A stretch of 64,000 nt of DNA from Phycisphaerae bacterium (GCA_050115495.1 JASFQK010000002.1:96001-160000); one strand, 5' to 3'. Positions 9,675 through 20,350 are shown, counted from the stretch's first letter. Notes: generated by a model not told the origin, from the sequence alone. Numbers and translations: made by a program.

Positions 9675-11441
9675 TTGCTCAACGTCATCCACGTTACACA
9701 CGAGGCGGTCTACAAGGTCGGTGGCATCGGCACCGTCCTCGAAGGCCTGATCAACAGCCGGCCTTACCGTGAGCAAGTCGGCCGCACCGTTCTCGTCTGC
9801 CCCCTGTTCTATCCGGAGAATACGGAGCGGCTGGGTCCGGGTGGCATTATCGAGTACTCCTCGCTCGACGGTATCTGCGAAGGACCCTACGCCCGCGCCT
9901 TCCAGCAGATCGAGCACGAATTCAACGTGCACCTGGTCTATGGCCGGCGCCCGCTCGAAGACGGCCCCACCGCCCGGCGGAGCCTCTGCGAGGTGCTGCT
10001 CGTCGACCTGCGCGGCATCAACCAGGATCGGCTGAACTACCTCAAGAGCCGGCTCTGGGATCGGTACGGTTTGCAGTCCGACCACTTCCAGCACATCTGG
10101 GAGTACGAGCAGTACGTCCAGGTGGCCGCCCCGGTTGTTCCGGCCATGGAAGCCATGCGCCTGGCCGGCGACGATCAGCCCGCCGTCGTCTTCGCCCACG
10201 AGTTCATGGGCCTGCCGACCGCGCTCGCGCTGGCGGCCCACAACCCCAATCGCTATCGCACGCTCTTCCACGCCCACGAGGCCGCCCCGATCCGCCGCAT
10301 TGTCGAAGCTCACCCCGGCCACGACGTCATGTTCTACAACGCCATGGCGCTCGGCCGGCGCGAGGGGGCCACGCTCGACGACGTGTTCGGCTCGCAGGCT
10401 GACTACTTCAAGTACGCCGTTGTTAACACCGCCCCGTATTGTGATGCGGTCCTGGCGGTCGGGCACCACATCCCCCACGAGCTCGAATTCCAGAACGCGG
10501 CCTTCGCCGACGTCAACGTCGAGCTCGCCTACAACGGGGTGCCCATCGGCCAGGTCAGCCTCGACGAACGCAAGGCCAGCAAGGAGCACCTGCGCGACTA
10601 CTGCGCGGCGATGCTCGGCTGGCGGCCGACCTACGTCTTCACGCACGTCACGCGTCTCGCCGTCAGCAAGGCGCTCTGGCGCGACATGGACGTGCTCGAA
10701 GCGATGGAGCCGGCCCTCGCCGCCCGCGGCGAGACCGCCGTCATGCTTGTTCTGTCCACGGAGTTACCCTCCCGGCCGGCCGGCGACATCCGCCGCATGG
10801 AGTCCGAGTGGGACTGGCCCCTGGCGCATCGCGAAGGCCCGCCCGACCTCACCGGCGGCGAGGCCCGCTACTACACGCGCGTGCAGTCCTTCAACGCCCG
10901 CGCCCGCCACAGTCACCTGATCTACATCAACCAGTTCGGCTTCAGCCGCGAGCGCTGCGGCAACCGCGTGCCGGAAAGCGTCGAGTTCCAGGATCTGCGC
11001 TGCGGCACAGACGCCGAGTTCGGCTTGAGTCTGTACGAGCCGTTCGGCATCTCGCCGCTCGAGCCGCTGACCTTCGGCGCAATCTGCGTGATCAGTACGT
11101 CGTGCGGCTGCGCCGGCTTCGTGAAGCAGGTCGGTGGCCGCCGGGCTATGCCCAACGTCATCCTGGCCGACTACATCCAGGCCGCGGGTAAGATGAAGAC
11201 CGCCGAAGAGGCCCTGGCCATCGGCAAACCGCAGCGTCGTGAAGCGGAACGCAAAGTGGCGGTGGAAGTGGCCCGCGTGCTCATGGATCGCCTGCCGCAC
11301 ACGGTGGCCCAGGAGCGGGATCTGCTGCGCACCGGGTACGGTCTGGCCCGCCGGATGAGTTGGGACGTGGTGGCCGAGACACTCATCTTCCCGGCGATTC
11401 AGAAGGCCTGCGCGCGGCGGCTGCTGCACGTCGTAGCCTAG
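9675..11441 (+). CDS. Glycosyltransferase, GT3 glycogen-synthase-like
   Basis: HEAVYKVGGIGTVL, AHEFM, SLYEPFGISPLE. Confidence 0.75.
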   Translation: MLNVIHVTHEAVYKVGGIGTVLEGLINSRPYREQVGRTVLVCPLFYPENTERLGPGGIIEYSSLDGICEGPYARAFQQIEHEFNVHLVYGRRPLEDGPTARRSLCEVLLVDLRGINQDRLNYLKSRLWDRYGLQSDHFQHIWEYEQYVQVAAPVVPAMEAMRLAGDDQPAVVFAHEFMGLPTALALAAHNPNRYRTLFHAHEAAPIRRIVEAHPGHDVMFYNAMALGRREGATLDDVFGSQADYFKYAVVNTAPYCDAVLAVGHHIPHELEFQNAAFADVNVELAYNGVPIGQVSLDERKASKEHLRDYCAAMLGWRPTYVFTHVTRLAVSKALWRDMDVLEAMEPALAARGETAVMLVLSTELPSRPAGDIRRMESEWDWPLAHREGPPDLTGGEARYYTRVQSFNARARHSHLIYINQFGFSRERCGNRVPESVEFQDLRCGTDAEFGLSLYEPFGISPLEPLTFGAICVISTSCGCAGFVKQVGGRRAMPNVILADYIQAAGKMKTAEEALAIGKPQRREAERKVAVEVARVLMDRLPHTVAQERDLLRTGYGLARRMSWDVVAETLIFPAIQKACARRLLHVVA

Positions 11442-11537
11442 CCACGGACGGTCCTTCAGCGCGAACCGATAGCGCCCCCCAGACGAAGACAGGAACTGCG
11501 GACTCTCGCCTCGCGCGGGTCGCGATGCGACGGCGGT

Positions 11538-11819
11538 CTAGGCGTACTCGTCGACGTTGGCACCCACGTCGGGTATGACGCGGCCGTCCGCCTGTTCGCC
11601 GTCACCGGGCGGCGCCATCTCTGCCATCTGGTCTTCCATATCGCTCAACAACAGCGCGATGATGGCCGGTGGCATGCTGACGCCTTGCTGCTGCGCCGAC
11701 TCCGGTCCTGTCTGCTCGGTCTGTTCGACTGCCCGCGGTGTTTCGGCTTCCCGCACCGGTTGCGGGGGCACCATGTTGACCACGGGTGTGGCGATAACGG
11801 GGAGGTTTGCGCCGACCAT
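11538..11819 (-). CDS. Small hypothetical protein with YjfB-like C-terminal G-x-x-V-D-x-x-A motif
   Basis: GGAGG SD upstream of ATG; ends DVGANVDEYA. Confidence 0.6.
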   Translation of the reverse strand: MVGANLPVIATPVVNMVPPQPVREAETPRAVEQTEQTGPESAQQQGVSMPPAIIALLLSDMEDQMAEMAPPGDGEQADGRVIPDVGANVDEYA

Positions 11820-11953
11820 TTGGCACCTCCGTTCTTTAAACGGAAGGCCGTGTCCTTCGAACGGAAGTGTTCAATAGACCGGGGGCGTTCGTCAAAAAGG
11901 TTGTGTAACGTTTCGTTCGGCGGCGCGTCTCCCGTTATCGGGCACGCGGTCGG

Positions 11954-13003
11954 TCAGCTTACCTCGACGAGGATCGTCTTGGAGTAATCCGGGTCGCCGG
12001 CGAAATCGACCGGCAGCGGCAGCCGCTCGACCGTCCGCCAGCGCCGGCCGCACCGACTGGCGACGTTGCCCACAACTTCCTCCAGGCGGGCCACCGTCGT
12101 CTGGCGATGGTTCGTCGCCAGTAGCAGCAGCCCGCCCGGCGATAGCAATCCGACCGCGTCGCCGACGAGCCGTTCGAGGTCCGCCACCAGCGAGAACACA
12201 CGCGTCGGCCGCCGCGTTCGCGAAAACGTCGGTGGATCCAGAATGACCAGGTCAAACTGCCGGCTCTGTCGCTGGGCGCGCCGGCAGTAGTCGAACATGT
12301 CCGTGGCCAGGAACACGTGGTCATCGAGCGGCTGGCCGTTGGCGGCGAGATTGCACTTGCCCCACTCCAGTGATTTCCGCGACACGTCCACGCTGACCGT
12401 TCCGGCCGCACCACCCACCGCCGCCGCCACCGTGAACCCGCACGTGTACGCGAACGCGTTCAGCACGCGCCGGCCGGCGGCCAGTTCGCGCACGCGCCGG
12501 CGGCTCTCGCGATGTTCGAGGAACAACCCCGTCGCGTACCCATCGTAAGGCCGCACGAGGTAGCACAGCCCGCCCTCTCGCACGGGCAGCTCCGGCTCGA
12601 CGGCACTCCCGAGCCACGGTGCCGCATCATGATGCTGCGGCTCCAGACGTTGCAGGGACATGCTGCGATCTCGCGGAAACACCTTGCGATACACGGCCCG
12701 CGCCTTTAGCCGCTCCGCCACGTCAGCACACAACGTGCGCGACAGCTCCTCGTCGGCGGTCCACTGCTCCTCGTGAAGCTGCACGACCAGCACGTCGCCA
12801 AGCTTCTCGATCACCAGCCCGGGCAGACCGTCGGCCGTGCTGTGGCACAGGCGACAGGCCGTCGTCAGCGGATCGGCCAGCAGGGCGGCCCGCCGATCGC
12901 ACGCCTGTTCGAGAAGCTCCCGGCAGCGCGCTTCATCAAGAGGCGGCGCTGCCGGCGGGCGGCGGCCCGTTGCCGGACGGTGTGGTCGGTGGGGACGTTT
13001 CAA
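11954..13003 (-). CDS. Class I SAM-dependent rRNA methyltransferase (RlmI/RlmK-like, no PUA domain)
   Basis: DGLPGL, TGLFLEHRE, VLNAFAYTCGF, FDLVILDPPTF. Confidence 0.88.
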   Translation of the reverse strand: MKRPHRPHRPATGRRPPAAPPLDEARCRELLEQACDRRAALLADPLTTACRLCHSTADGLPGLVIEKLGDVLVVQLHEEQWTADEELSRTLCADVAERLKARAVYRKVFPRDRSMSLQRLEPQHHDAAPWLGSAVEPELPVREGGLCYLVRPYDGYATGLFLEHRESRRRVRELAAGRRVLNAFAYTCGFTVAAAVGGAAGTVSVDVSRKSLEWGKCNLAANGQPLDDHVFLATDMFDYCRRAQRQSRQFDLVILDPPTFSRTRRPTRVFSLVADLERLVGDAVGLLSPGGLLLLATNHRQTTVARLEEVVGNVASRCGRRWRTVERLPLPVDFAGDPDYSKTILVEVS

Positions 13004-13032
13004 CGCGGGTTTCTCGTGTTCGCCGCGGGTCG

Positions 13033-14319
13033 CTAGTTGGTCGCGACGCGCAGGACGTGGTACGTGCGCTTGCCCTTGCGCAGGATGACGAACCCGCCGG
13101 GCAGCACGTCCGCTTCGCTGAGGATGTACTCGGCGTCGCGGATCGGCACGTTGTTGACGGAGACGCCGCCGGCGGGAACGTCCTTGCGGGCTCGCCCGCG
13201 CGACGGGTAGAGCTCCGTCTCGGCCAGCAGGGCCACCAGGGCCCCGTCGGGCGTGCTGAGCTTGCCGGCCTCCAGCGTCGTCGTCGGCGCTCCGTGGAAC
13301 GCCTCAGCCAGCTCCTGCGCCGAAAGTTGCCGGTAGTCGGCGTCCTTGGCAAAAAGGACCTCGGTCGCCCGCTGCGCGCGGGTCAGCGCGTCCGGCCCAT
13401 GCACGAGCCGTGTCAGCTCCTCGGCCAGCAGACGCTGTGTGTCACGTCGTTCCGGCGCCGCGGCGGCCGCGCGGGCCGCTTCGTCGATCTCCGCCACCGG
13501 CAGGTCGGTGAAGAACTTCAGGTAGCGCACGACGTCGGCGTCTTCCGTGTTCATCCAGAACTGGTAGAACTGGTAGGGGCTCGTGCGCTGGGCGTCCAGC
13601 CAGACGTTTCCCTCCTCGCTCTTGCCGAATTTCTTGCCGTCGCTGCGGGTGATCAGCGGCATCGTAAGCCCGTACGTCTCGGCACCGCGCAGCCGGCGGA
13701 CGAGGTCGTTGCCCGAGACGATGTTGCCCCACTGGTCCGAGCCGCCCATCTGCAACTGGCAGCCGTACCGATCGTACAGCGCCAGGAAGTCGTACGCCTG
13801 GAGCAGCATGTACGTGAACTCGGTGTACGACAGACCCTGCTCGCGCGTCTCCAGCCGCATGCGCACCGAGTCGCGGGCGATCATCTGGTTCACCGAGAAG
13901 TGCTTGCCCACGTCGCGCAAGAACTCCACCAGGTTCAATTCGCACAGCCACTCGGCGTTGTCCACCAGTACGGCGTCACCCGAGAAGTCGAGGAACTGGC
14001 CGATCTGCCGGCGGATGCCCTCGCGGTTCTCGGCAGCCTTTTCCAGCGTGAGCAGCGTGCGCTCGCTTTCCTTGCCGCTGGGATCGCCGATGAGGCCGGT
14101 GCCGCCGCCGACGAGGCCGATGGGACGATGTCCGGCCCGCTGGAAGCGGCGGAGCGTGACGAGCGGCAGGAGGCTGCCCACGTGCAGGCTGTCCGCGGTG
14201 GGGTCAAAGCCGATGTAGGCGGTGACGCGCTGGCTGCGCAGGAGGTCGGCGAGCGTCGGCGCGGAGGTCTGGTGCACCAGGCCGCGCTGTTGCAGGTCGG
14301 CGAGGAAGTCAGTGTTCAT
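13033..14319 (-). CDS. tyrS: Tyrosine--tRNA ligase
   Basis: YIGFDPTADSLHVG, LQAYDF, GGSDQWGNI, KFGKS; C-terminal S4 domain. Confidence 0.97.
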   Translation of the reverse strand: MNTDFLADLQQRGLVHQTSAPTLADLLRSQRVTAYIGFDPTADSLHVGSLLPLVTLRRFQRAGHRPIGLVGGGTGLIGDPSGKESERTLLTLEKAAENREGIRRQIGQFLDFSGDAVLVDNAEWLCELNLVEFLRDVGKHFSVNQMIARDSVRMRLETREQGLSYTEFTYMLLQAYDFLALYDRYGCQLQMGGSDQWGNIVSGNDLVRRLRGAETYGLTMPLITRSDGKKFGKSEEGNVWLDAQRTSPYQFYQFWMNTEDADVVRYLKFFTDLPVAEIDEAARAAAAAPERRDTQRLLAEELTRLVHGPDALTRAQRATEVLFAKDADYRQLSAQELAEAFHGAPTTTLEAGKLSTPDGALVALLAETELYPSRGRARKDVPAGGVSVNNVPIRDAEYILSEADVLPGGFVILRKGKRTYHVLRVATN

Positions 14320-14493
14320 AGTCCCGGTATTATACCCCCGAAGACGATGTGACCGAACGGGGCGGCGGCCCCTGCCGAGCACGATTCTGCGCGCTGCCGC
14401 CGCTGGTTCGGATGGATGCCGGCCGTGCCGCGAGCTGCCGGTCCCCTGATACCGGCGCCGTGCGGGTCGACGGCCGGGTGGCCGGGCAACCGT

Positions 14494-14970
14494 CTACTTC
14501 ATGCAGAACATGCCGCGGCCGACCTTGTTCACATCCGGCATCTGGGCGAGCGCGATCCCGACACTCTTGGCGAGCGTCTTGTTGGTCGTGGCGTAGCCGC
14601 TCTTGCGGACGGCGGCCGTGATGTCCTTGACGGCCATGGGGCTCTTCTTGGTCGTGAGCACCCGGGCGATGTGGTCCTTCAGCGAGCCGGAGCGCCGGCC
14701 GCCACCACCAGCCGCAGCCGTGCCACGGCGCCCGCGGCGGACCGAGGCCGAGGCCGCGCCCATGGCGGCCAGAGCACGATCGAGCACCGCGATCTTGGAT
14801 TCGAGCGCGCCGCGCTCGGCGACCAACTGGTCGCGGGCCTGGACGAGGTTGGACATGACGTTGCCCAGGCTCGTCGCCGGTCCGCGGCTACGGGTGCGCC
14901 GGACGCGCTTACGAGCGACCGGTTTCGTGTGCTTGCCTGCTGTCTTTCGACGGCGTTTTGCCTTCGCCAT
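14494..14970 (-). CDS. Basic putative DNA-binding protein (K/R-rich N-terminus, coiled coil, C-terminal winged helix)
   Basis: SLKDHIARVL..PMAVKDITAAVRKSGY..KVGRGMF; GGAGA SD. Confidence 0.7.
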   Translation of the reverse strand: MAKAKRRRKTAGKHTKPVARKRVRRTRSRGPATSLGNVMSNLVQARDQLVAERGALESKIAVLDRALAAMGAASASVRRGRRGTAAAGGGGRRSGSLKDHIARVLTTKKSPMAVKDITAAVRKSGYATTNKTLAKSVGIALAQMPDVNKVGRGMFCMK

Positions 14971-15051
14971 AGTTGTGTCTCCACTGTCAGGGTGAGAATT
15001 CCGTCGGTTGCCGGGGACCGCGCGATACGTCCGACAACCGAACTGAAGGGA

Positions 15052-15081
15052 ATCTTAGACAGGCCGTAGCGCTCAAGTCAA
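15052..15081 (-). promoter_or_regulatory. sigma70-type promoter of the 14494-14970 gene
   Basis: TTGACT-N18-TAAGAT on the minus strand. Confidence 0.6.
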
Positions 15082-15197
15082 GCATGAGACCAGAATGAAA
15101 TGCCGCAAATGCGATATGCTCCATCGTTTCACGGCGAGCGCGCGCTCGCGCCGCCGGACGCTGAGGCCACATGTCGAGGCCGGGCGGCGCACCGCGC

Positions 15198-16319
15198 CTA
15201 GTCGTCGAAATCCCCGCTAACCGCAGCGCTCGGCAGCGGTGCCGGGCGTGAGCACGTGCTGGCCAGCGTCACCGCCCGGCCCTGTTGCGATGACTCCTCC
15301 AGCGCGTGCATGATATCCAGCACATGCCAGGCCATTTCTGCGCTGGCCCGGTGCGGTCGGCCGCGCCGCCACGCCCGAACCATGTCCGCCAGGCCCAGAC
15401 CGCGGCTGTTTTCGGCGTAACCAGGCCGTAGCGGCACCTCGTTCCACGCCGCATCGGCCGCACGACGCACGTGCACCGGCCCGCCGAAGGCATTCGGATC
15501 GGGTGCGCTGAGCGAGCCCTCCGCGCCATGAATCTCCAGCAGCGGCAGGTGGGCATGCCAGATGTCGAAGCTGGTGATGATGGTGGCCAGGGCACCGTCG
15601 ACGAAGTCTAGTGTGCCGGCCACGTGCGTGGGCGTGCGGACGTCGATGGTCCTGCCGCGTAGCGGCTCGCTGGTGATCGTCCGCTGCGGGAAGCTGATGC
15701 GGCTGAAGCCACAGACCCGCCGCACCGGCCCCAGCAGGTGGACCAGGGCCGTCAGATAGTATGGTCCCATATCAAACATGGGCCCGCCGCCCGGCTGATA
15801 ATAGAACTCCGGGGCGGGATGCCAGCCCTCATGCCCGTGGCAGACCATGAACGCCGTCGCCGCCACCGGCCGGCCGATGACGCCCTCGTCGATCAGGTGG
15901 CGGACCGTCTGCCAGCCGGCTCCGAGAAACGTGTCCGGGGCGCAGCCAACCCGCAAGCCGCGCTGGCGGGCTTCCGTCAGGATCTGTTGGCCGTCTTCAC
16001 GCGTGATGGCCAGCGGCTTCTCGTTGTAGACGGACTTACCGGCACGTAACGCCGCCACGGCCACTTCCGCATGCGCTGCGGGCACCGTGAGGTTAAGAAC
16101 CGCCTGGATGTTCGGATCGGCCAGCAGTTCGTCCACACTGCACGCCCGTGGCACGCCGTGCTGGCGGGCCTTCTCCGCCGCCCGCGAGGCGACTAGGTCT
16201 GCACAGGCCACGATTTCGATCGGCGGCAGTTTGCGGGCATTGCTCAGGTAGATGTCGCTGATGTTGCCACAGCCGATCACGCCGACTCGCACCGGTTCTC
16301 CGGTCACGGTTCGCTCCAT
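15198..16319 (-). CDS. Gfo/Idh/MocA family oxidoreductase
   Basis: [36 protein letters not shown]. Confidence 0.92.
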   Translation of the reverse strand: MERTVTGEPVRVGVIGCGNISDIYLSNARKLPPIEIVACADLVASRAAEKARQHGVPRACSVDELLADPNIQAVLNLTVPAAHAEVAVAALRAGKSVYNEKPLAITREDGQQILTEARQRGLRVGCAPDTFLGAGWQTVRHLIDEGVIGRPVAATAFMVCHGHEGWHPAPEFYYQPGGGPMFDMGPYYLTALVHLLGPVRRVCGFSRISFPQRTITSEPLRGRTIDVRTPTHVAGTLDFVDGALATIITSFDIWHAHLPLLEIHGAEGSLSAPDPNAFGGPVHVRRAADAAWNEVPLRPGYAENSRGLGLADMVRAWRRGRPHRASAEMAWHVLDIMHALEESSQQGRAVTLASTCSRPAPLPSAAVSGDFDD

Positions 16320-16389
16320 GGGGGTGGTGATACCACGCCGCCGCACCCTGCGGGAGACGACCAGTCGCGCAGTATACCGAGCCGAGCGC

Positions 16390-17865
16390 CTACCGGCTCA
16401 GGATGTAATGCCCCTCGCGATCCGTCGATGTGCCGGCGGGTTCCGACTCATCCGCGTCGAGCCCAAGCCGGCGAGCGGCTGCGCTCTTGTCGGTGCGGGC
16501 CAGCTCGTGAGCAACCTCACGCAGCCCGCGCAGCGGGTCGTCGCCCACCGGCGGCAGCGTGTCGTTCAAGTGTGAGAACATCTCGTACGTGATGACGATC
16601 TGCCCGTCCGCCGCCCGCCACACTTCGACCAGCCGCCCCTCCTCCGGCCAGTCGAGCGTCGAGCAGGTTTCGATTTCGAGGTAGCCGCCGCGGTCGATGA
16701 CGCGGTTGCGGTGCTTGTGTCCGGCCACGTGTAGCACGACGTTCGGACAAGCGGCCAGCAGCGCGCGCAGCTCTTCGCCTTCTACCTCGACGCCGTATCC
16801 GGAGTACACCGCTTGCGTTGGATGGTGCGAGGCGACGATGACGAGCTCGTCACGGGCGACCGCCGCGTCGAGCTCGCCGCGCAGCCAGTCGCGTTGCGCC
16901 CGTGATAGCGCTCCGTCGTGGTAGAGCTGGCCCGCCAGCCGCGCCGTGCGATCCGTCGTGTCCAGCCCGATCAGCCGCAGCCCTGCCGTCGGGCTGACGC
17001 TGTACCACGTATGTCCGTCGGTGGCGCCGGCGAAGCCATGTCCCGTCGGCTCGGTCGCCGATTCGAAGAGGGCGTCGATGAACTCGGCTTTGCTGAAGTA
17101 GGCGCGAGCTGGATTCGGCGTGACCGGCTCCGGCAACTCGAGCAGGGTGGGAGGGCCGGGATCGGCCGGCGTGATTCGCCCGTGCGTCTCGTCGGCAACG
17201 GGGTCGAGCTCCAGCGGCAGCAGCCAACCCGGCCGCAGCGGCAGCGGCAGAGGGGCCACGCGGTGGCCGTCCGCCCGTTCGTAGATGGGGAAGACGCCGA
17301 TGCCGTGCACGTCGTGGTTGCCGAGGAGGATGTACCAGGGAATCGACGGCAAGTCCCCGTGCACGCCCTGCCGATACAGCCCCTGCGCCTGGAACGGCGC
17401 GTGCGGGTCCAGCTCGGCGGCGGGGCGCTCATCGGCCGGGCGGTCATCCGGACCGGTCAACGGGTCGATGGTTCCGCCGTCCAGGTCGGCGAGCACCCAG
17501 CCCAGCTCGTTGCCCTGCGCGTTGTCGCACGCGTCTCCGGTATGGATGAGAAAGTCGACCGTCCGCCCGCCGGCGTGGATGCGGTTCACCGTGCGGATGA
17601 TCCCGTCGAGAATCTGGGCCGAGTAGCTTTCCTGCGGCCGCCACGCGCTGCTGGCTAGAGCGTTTGCCCCAGGAAACCGGGCAGGCGACTCCTCGTCCAC
17701 GACGTGTGTGTCGGTGATCTGCACGAGCCGGGCGACGAGGGTCAGGTCCGGTTGTTCGTCGGCGGTGCTGTCGCGCGCCGCGAGCAGTATGCCCGGGTCT
17801 GCCTCGCAGCCGAGGTTGACCGCTGTCGCCAGTACGAGAATCCACAGTGTGCGCCATCCGGACAT
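16390..17865 (-). CDS. Secreted/lipoprotein calcineurin-like metallophosphoesterase
   Basis: DTH, GDACD, GNHD, SHHP, GHKH motifs; lipobox-like NLGC. Confidence 0.85.
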   Translation of the reverse strand: MSGWRTLWILVLATAVNLGCEADPGILLAARDSTADEQPDLTLVARLVQITDTHVVDEESPARFPGANALASSAWRPQESYSAQILDGIIRTVNRIHAGGRTVDFLIHTGDACDNAQGNELGWVLADLDGGTIDPLTGPDDRPADERPAAELDPHAPFQAQGLYRQGVHGDLPSIPWYILLGNHDVHGIGVFPIYERADGHRVAPLPLPLRPGWLLPLELDPVADETHGRITPADPGPPTLLELPEPVTPNPARAYFSKAEFIDALFESATEPTGHGFAGATDGHTWYSVSPTAGLRLIGLDTTDRTARLAGQLYHDGALSRAQRDWLRGELDAAVARDELVIVASHHPTQAVYSGYGVEVEGEELRALLAACPNVVLHVAGHKHRNRVIDRGGYLEIETCSTLDWPEEGRLVEVWRAADGQIVITYEMFSHLNDTLPPVGDDPLRGLREVAHELARTDKSAAARRLGLDADESEPAGTSTDREGHYILSR

Positions 17866-17941
17866 GGGACCACTCCTTGGCAGTCCCCAGTATAGCCGGC
17901 GACGGCGGACGGTTCTCGTCCGCCGCCGTCGGCTCCGTGGC

Positions 17942-20350
17942 TTACTGCGGGTTTAGCGGCATGTTGTGAGCACCGCGAACGTAGGCCACGAAGTGGCGGA
18001 AGAAGTCGGGGGCCCGTGGACGAGGCCCGGGGAAGATGACCAGCTCGTCGACGTAATCCCACGGCGGATAGTCCGGACTCTGGCCGTACCAGGGGTCGTT
18101 CAGCTCCGCACCGATCTGCCACGAGACGCTCAGCTCGTAGTCCTTGTCACACAGGTAGAAGTAGCGGTCGCCGTCCAGCCTAACCGTACCTTCGCCCAGG
18201 GAGAACCACGGCTGAATGGGCACGTTGCCGTACAATTGCGCCTGGTCGTAGATCTGGAGGAAGTAGGCGCGCATGGCCTCCATGTCCTGCGAGTAGAATC
18301 CGCCGCTGAACGAGTCGCCCTGTTCCTCGAGGTTGAAGTAGCGGTTGCAGCAGCCGCGGCCGCGGGCGAACCAGTTCACAGGCGCGCTCGGGTAGACGCT
18401 CTTGCAGATGTCGTACATCGCGTCGTATTTCTCGACCATCGCCGCATTCCACGTGTCCGCCCCGGAGCCGCCCTGCTCCTGGATCTTCCAGATTTCCGTG
18501 TCCAGGAAGATGCCGGAAACCTGCACGTTCGAGCCGAACTCGGTGTTCGCCGCGTCGATCATGTCCTTCACGCCGGAGAGGTAGTAGGTGAAGTTGTCCA
18601 GCTCCTCCTGGTACTCCGGCCCGGTGTACGTCGGCGGCGCGCCCCGCGGCCACCAGTGGGCGTACGGCGAGAAGTGCAGAGCGATCGTCGCCGGCAGCGT
18701 CGGGTTCGTCGCGTTCACCTGCTTGCACGCGTACACAGCGGCGCGTGCTTCCGGCGCATCCACCCAGCGCACGAGCAACCCGGCCGAGTGCGTCACACGC
18801 ACGTATTCATACAGCACCGGATCGTTCGGATCGTCCAGCATGTAGTCGTAGAAGCCGAAGTTGTGGTGTACCTTCGGCAACGGCGGCAGAAGCTGCAGCG
18901 CCGCCACGATCTCCGCATCCGACGGCGGAGGCGCGCGCTCCACCAGCACCGGTAGCACGTACTCCTCGCCGCCGCCGGTGATTACCAACGTGCTCTCGTT
19001 CAGCCCCGTCTGCCAGCTCGTTTCACAGCGGCGCACCACCACCGAGACCGTCCGCCACGCCTTCGGCCCCAGCGACCCCGACCGGACATCCGGTTCGACC
19101 CAGTCGTCGTCCGGCGTCACGACGAACGACAGCGTCTGGTCACTCGAGTTGTACAGCTCGACCAGTCGCTCGATGTCGTCTTCACCGTAGTCCAGCGTGT
19201 CGACGTTCACCTGCAGAGCGGCCGGCGGCGGGTCCACCGTCATCCGCACCACCACGCCGGCCCACTGCCCGTCCTCGCTGGCCACTTCGACCAGCCCCGA
19301 GTAGTTGCCCGGCGTCAGCTCGGCTCGCGACACGGTGACGTTGATCACGTCGTTTTCGCCGGTGTTCGAGCCGCTCTCGGGCGAGACTCGCACCCACTTC
19401 TCATCGCAACTCACGGAGAAGTCCAGCGTGCCCAACCCGGTGTTGCGCACCACGAACGAACCGGCCTCCGTGGCGTGGCCGAAGTCCACCTGGCTTTCGC
19501 TCACCCATAGCACCGGCTGGCTGTCGGCCTCGCCCACGGCCATCGTGACCGCCACGTAGGCCCGCTCGCCGCCAGCGTTCACCACCAGCGTGCCCTGGTA
19601 ATACCCGGTTGGGAGGCCGTCACGGCTGACGTGCACGCCCACGGCCCGGTATTCGCCGTTACTCGTTCCCGAGGCGTTGTCCAGCGTGATCCAGCCGACG
19701 TCGGCCTGCACCTCGTAGGCCAGTTCGCCGGTGCCCAGGTTCCGCACGTAGATCTGCGCCGTGGTGGCCGCAGAGCCCAGTGCGAGGGTTTCCGGCGTGA
19801 CGGAGAGGCCGCCCTCGGTGTCGCCCCCGGTGTCGTCGTCAGTCGGTCCAAGCGGAGATGGGCCGCCGCCGCCGGTGCCACCCGAGGTGCCGCCCTCTTC
19901 CGCGTCGCCGGTGTCGGGGACGTTTGCCTGTACGGTCACGAGCGTGGTCTGGCCCTCGGCCTGGATTTCCAGTGTGGCTGAATAGTCGCCGCTCGACAGG
20001 GCGCCGCGATCCACGACTACGCGGACTTCCTGCGTCTCGTCACCGATATCGCCCTGCGGGGCGCTGGCCTGCACCCAGTCCGCGCCGCTGCTGACGGTGT
20101 AGGTGACTGCGTGTCCGGAGAGATTGGTCAACTCGAATGATCGTTCAGTGAGGTACTCGCCGAACACGAGGGTGGCTGGGTCGGCCCGCAGCCAAGCCCC
20201 ACCTTCCCCCAGTTCCCCCAGCACGCCCGCGCCGTCCTCCAGCAACGATCCGCCGCCACAGCCCGACAGGCTGCAAGAGACGACGAGCACCACTGCCACC
20301 GACAGCGCGCGCTTCCAGCCCCACGTTTTGGCGACCCACGCCTTGAACAT
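17942..20350 (-). CDS. Lipoprotein with about four BACON-like Ig domains and an uncharacterised C-terminal domain
   Basis: LSGC lipobox; repeated units (RNxG..L.Y.V..D.xW..S...G..V.V.V.R..L.xG.Y.G); start 20350 after GGAGAG (alt 20380). Confidence 0.8.
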   Translation of the reverse strand: MFKAWVAKTWGWKRALSVAVVLVVSCSLSGCGGGSLLEDGAGVLGELGEGGAWLRADPATLVFGEYLTERSFELTNLSGHAVTYTVSSGADWVQASAPQGDIGDETQEVRVVVDRGALSSGDYSATLEIQAEGQTTLVTVQANVPDTGDAEEGGTSGGTGGGGPSPLGPTDDDTGGDTEGGLSVTPETLALGSAATTAQIYVRNLGTGELAYEVQADVGWITLDNASGTSNGEYRAVGVHVSRDGLPTGYYQGTLVVNAGGERAYVAVTMAVGEADSQPVLWVSESQVDFGHATEAGSFVVRNTGLGTLDFSVSCDEKWVRVSPESGSNTGENDVINVTVSRAELTPGNYSGLVEVASEDGQWAGVVVRMTVDPPPAALQVNVDTLDYGEDDIERLVELYNSSDQTLSFVVTPDDDWVEPDVRSGSLGPKAWRTVSVVVRRCETSWQTGLNESTLVITGGGEEYVLPVLVERAPPPSDAEIVAALQLLPPLPKVHHNFGFYDYMLDDPNDPVLYEYVRVTHSAGLLVRWVDAPEARAAVYACKQVNATNPTLPATIALHFSPYAHWWPRGAPPTYTGPEYQEELDNFTYYLSGVKDMIDAANTEFGSNVQVSGIFLDTEIWKIQEQGGSGADTWNAAMVEKYDAMYDICKSVYPSAPVNWFARGRGCCNRYFNLEEQGDSFSGGFYSQDMEAMRAYFLQIYDQAQLYGNVPIQPWFSLGEGTVRLDGDRYFYLCDKDYELSVSWQIGAELNDPWYGQSPDYPPWDYVDELVIFPGPRPRAPDFFRHFVAYVRGAHNMPLNPQ

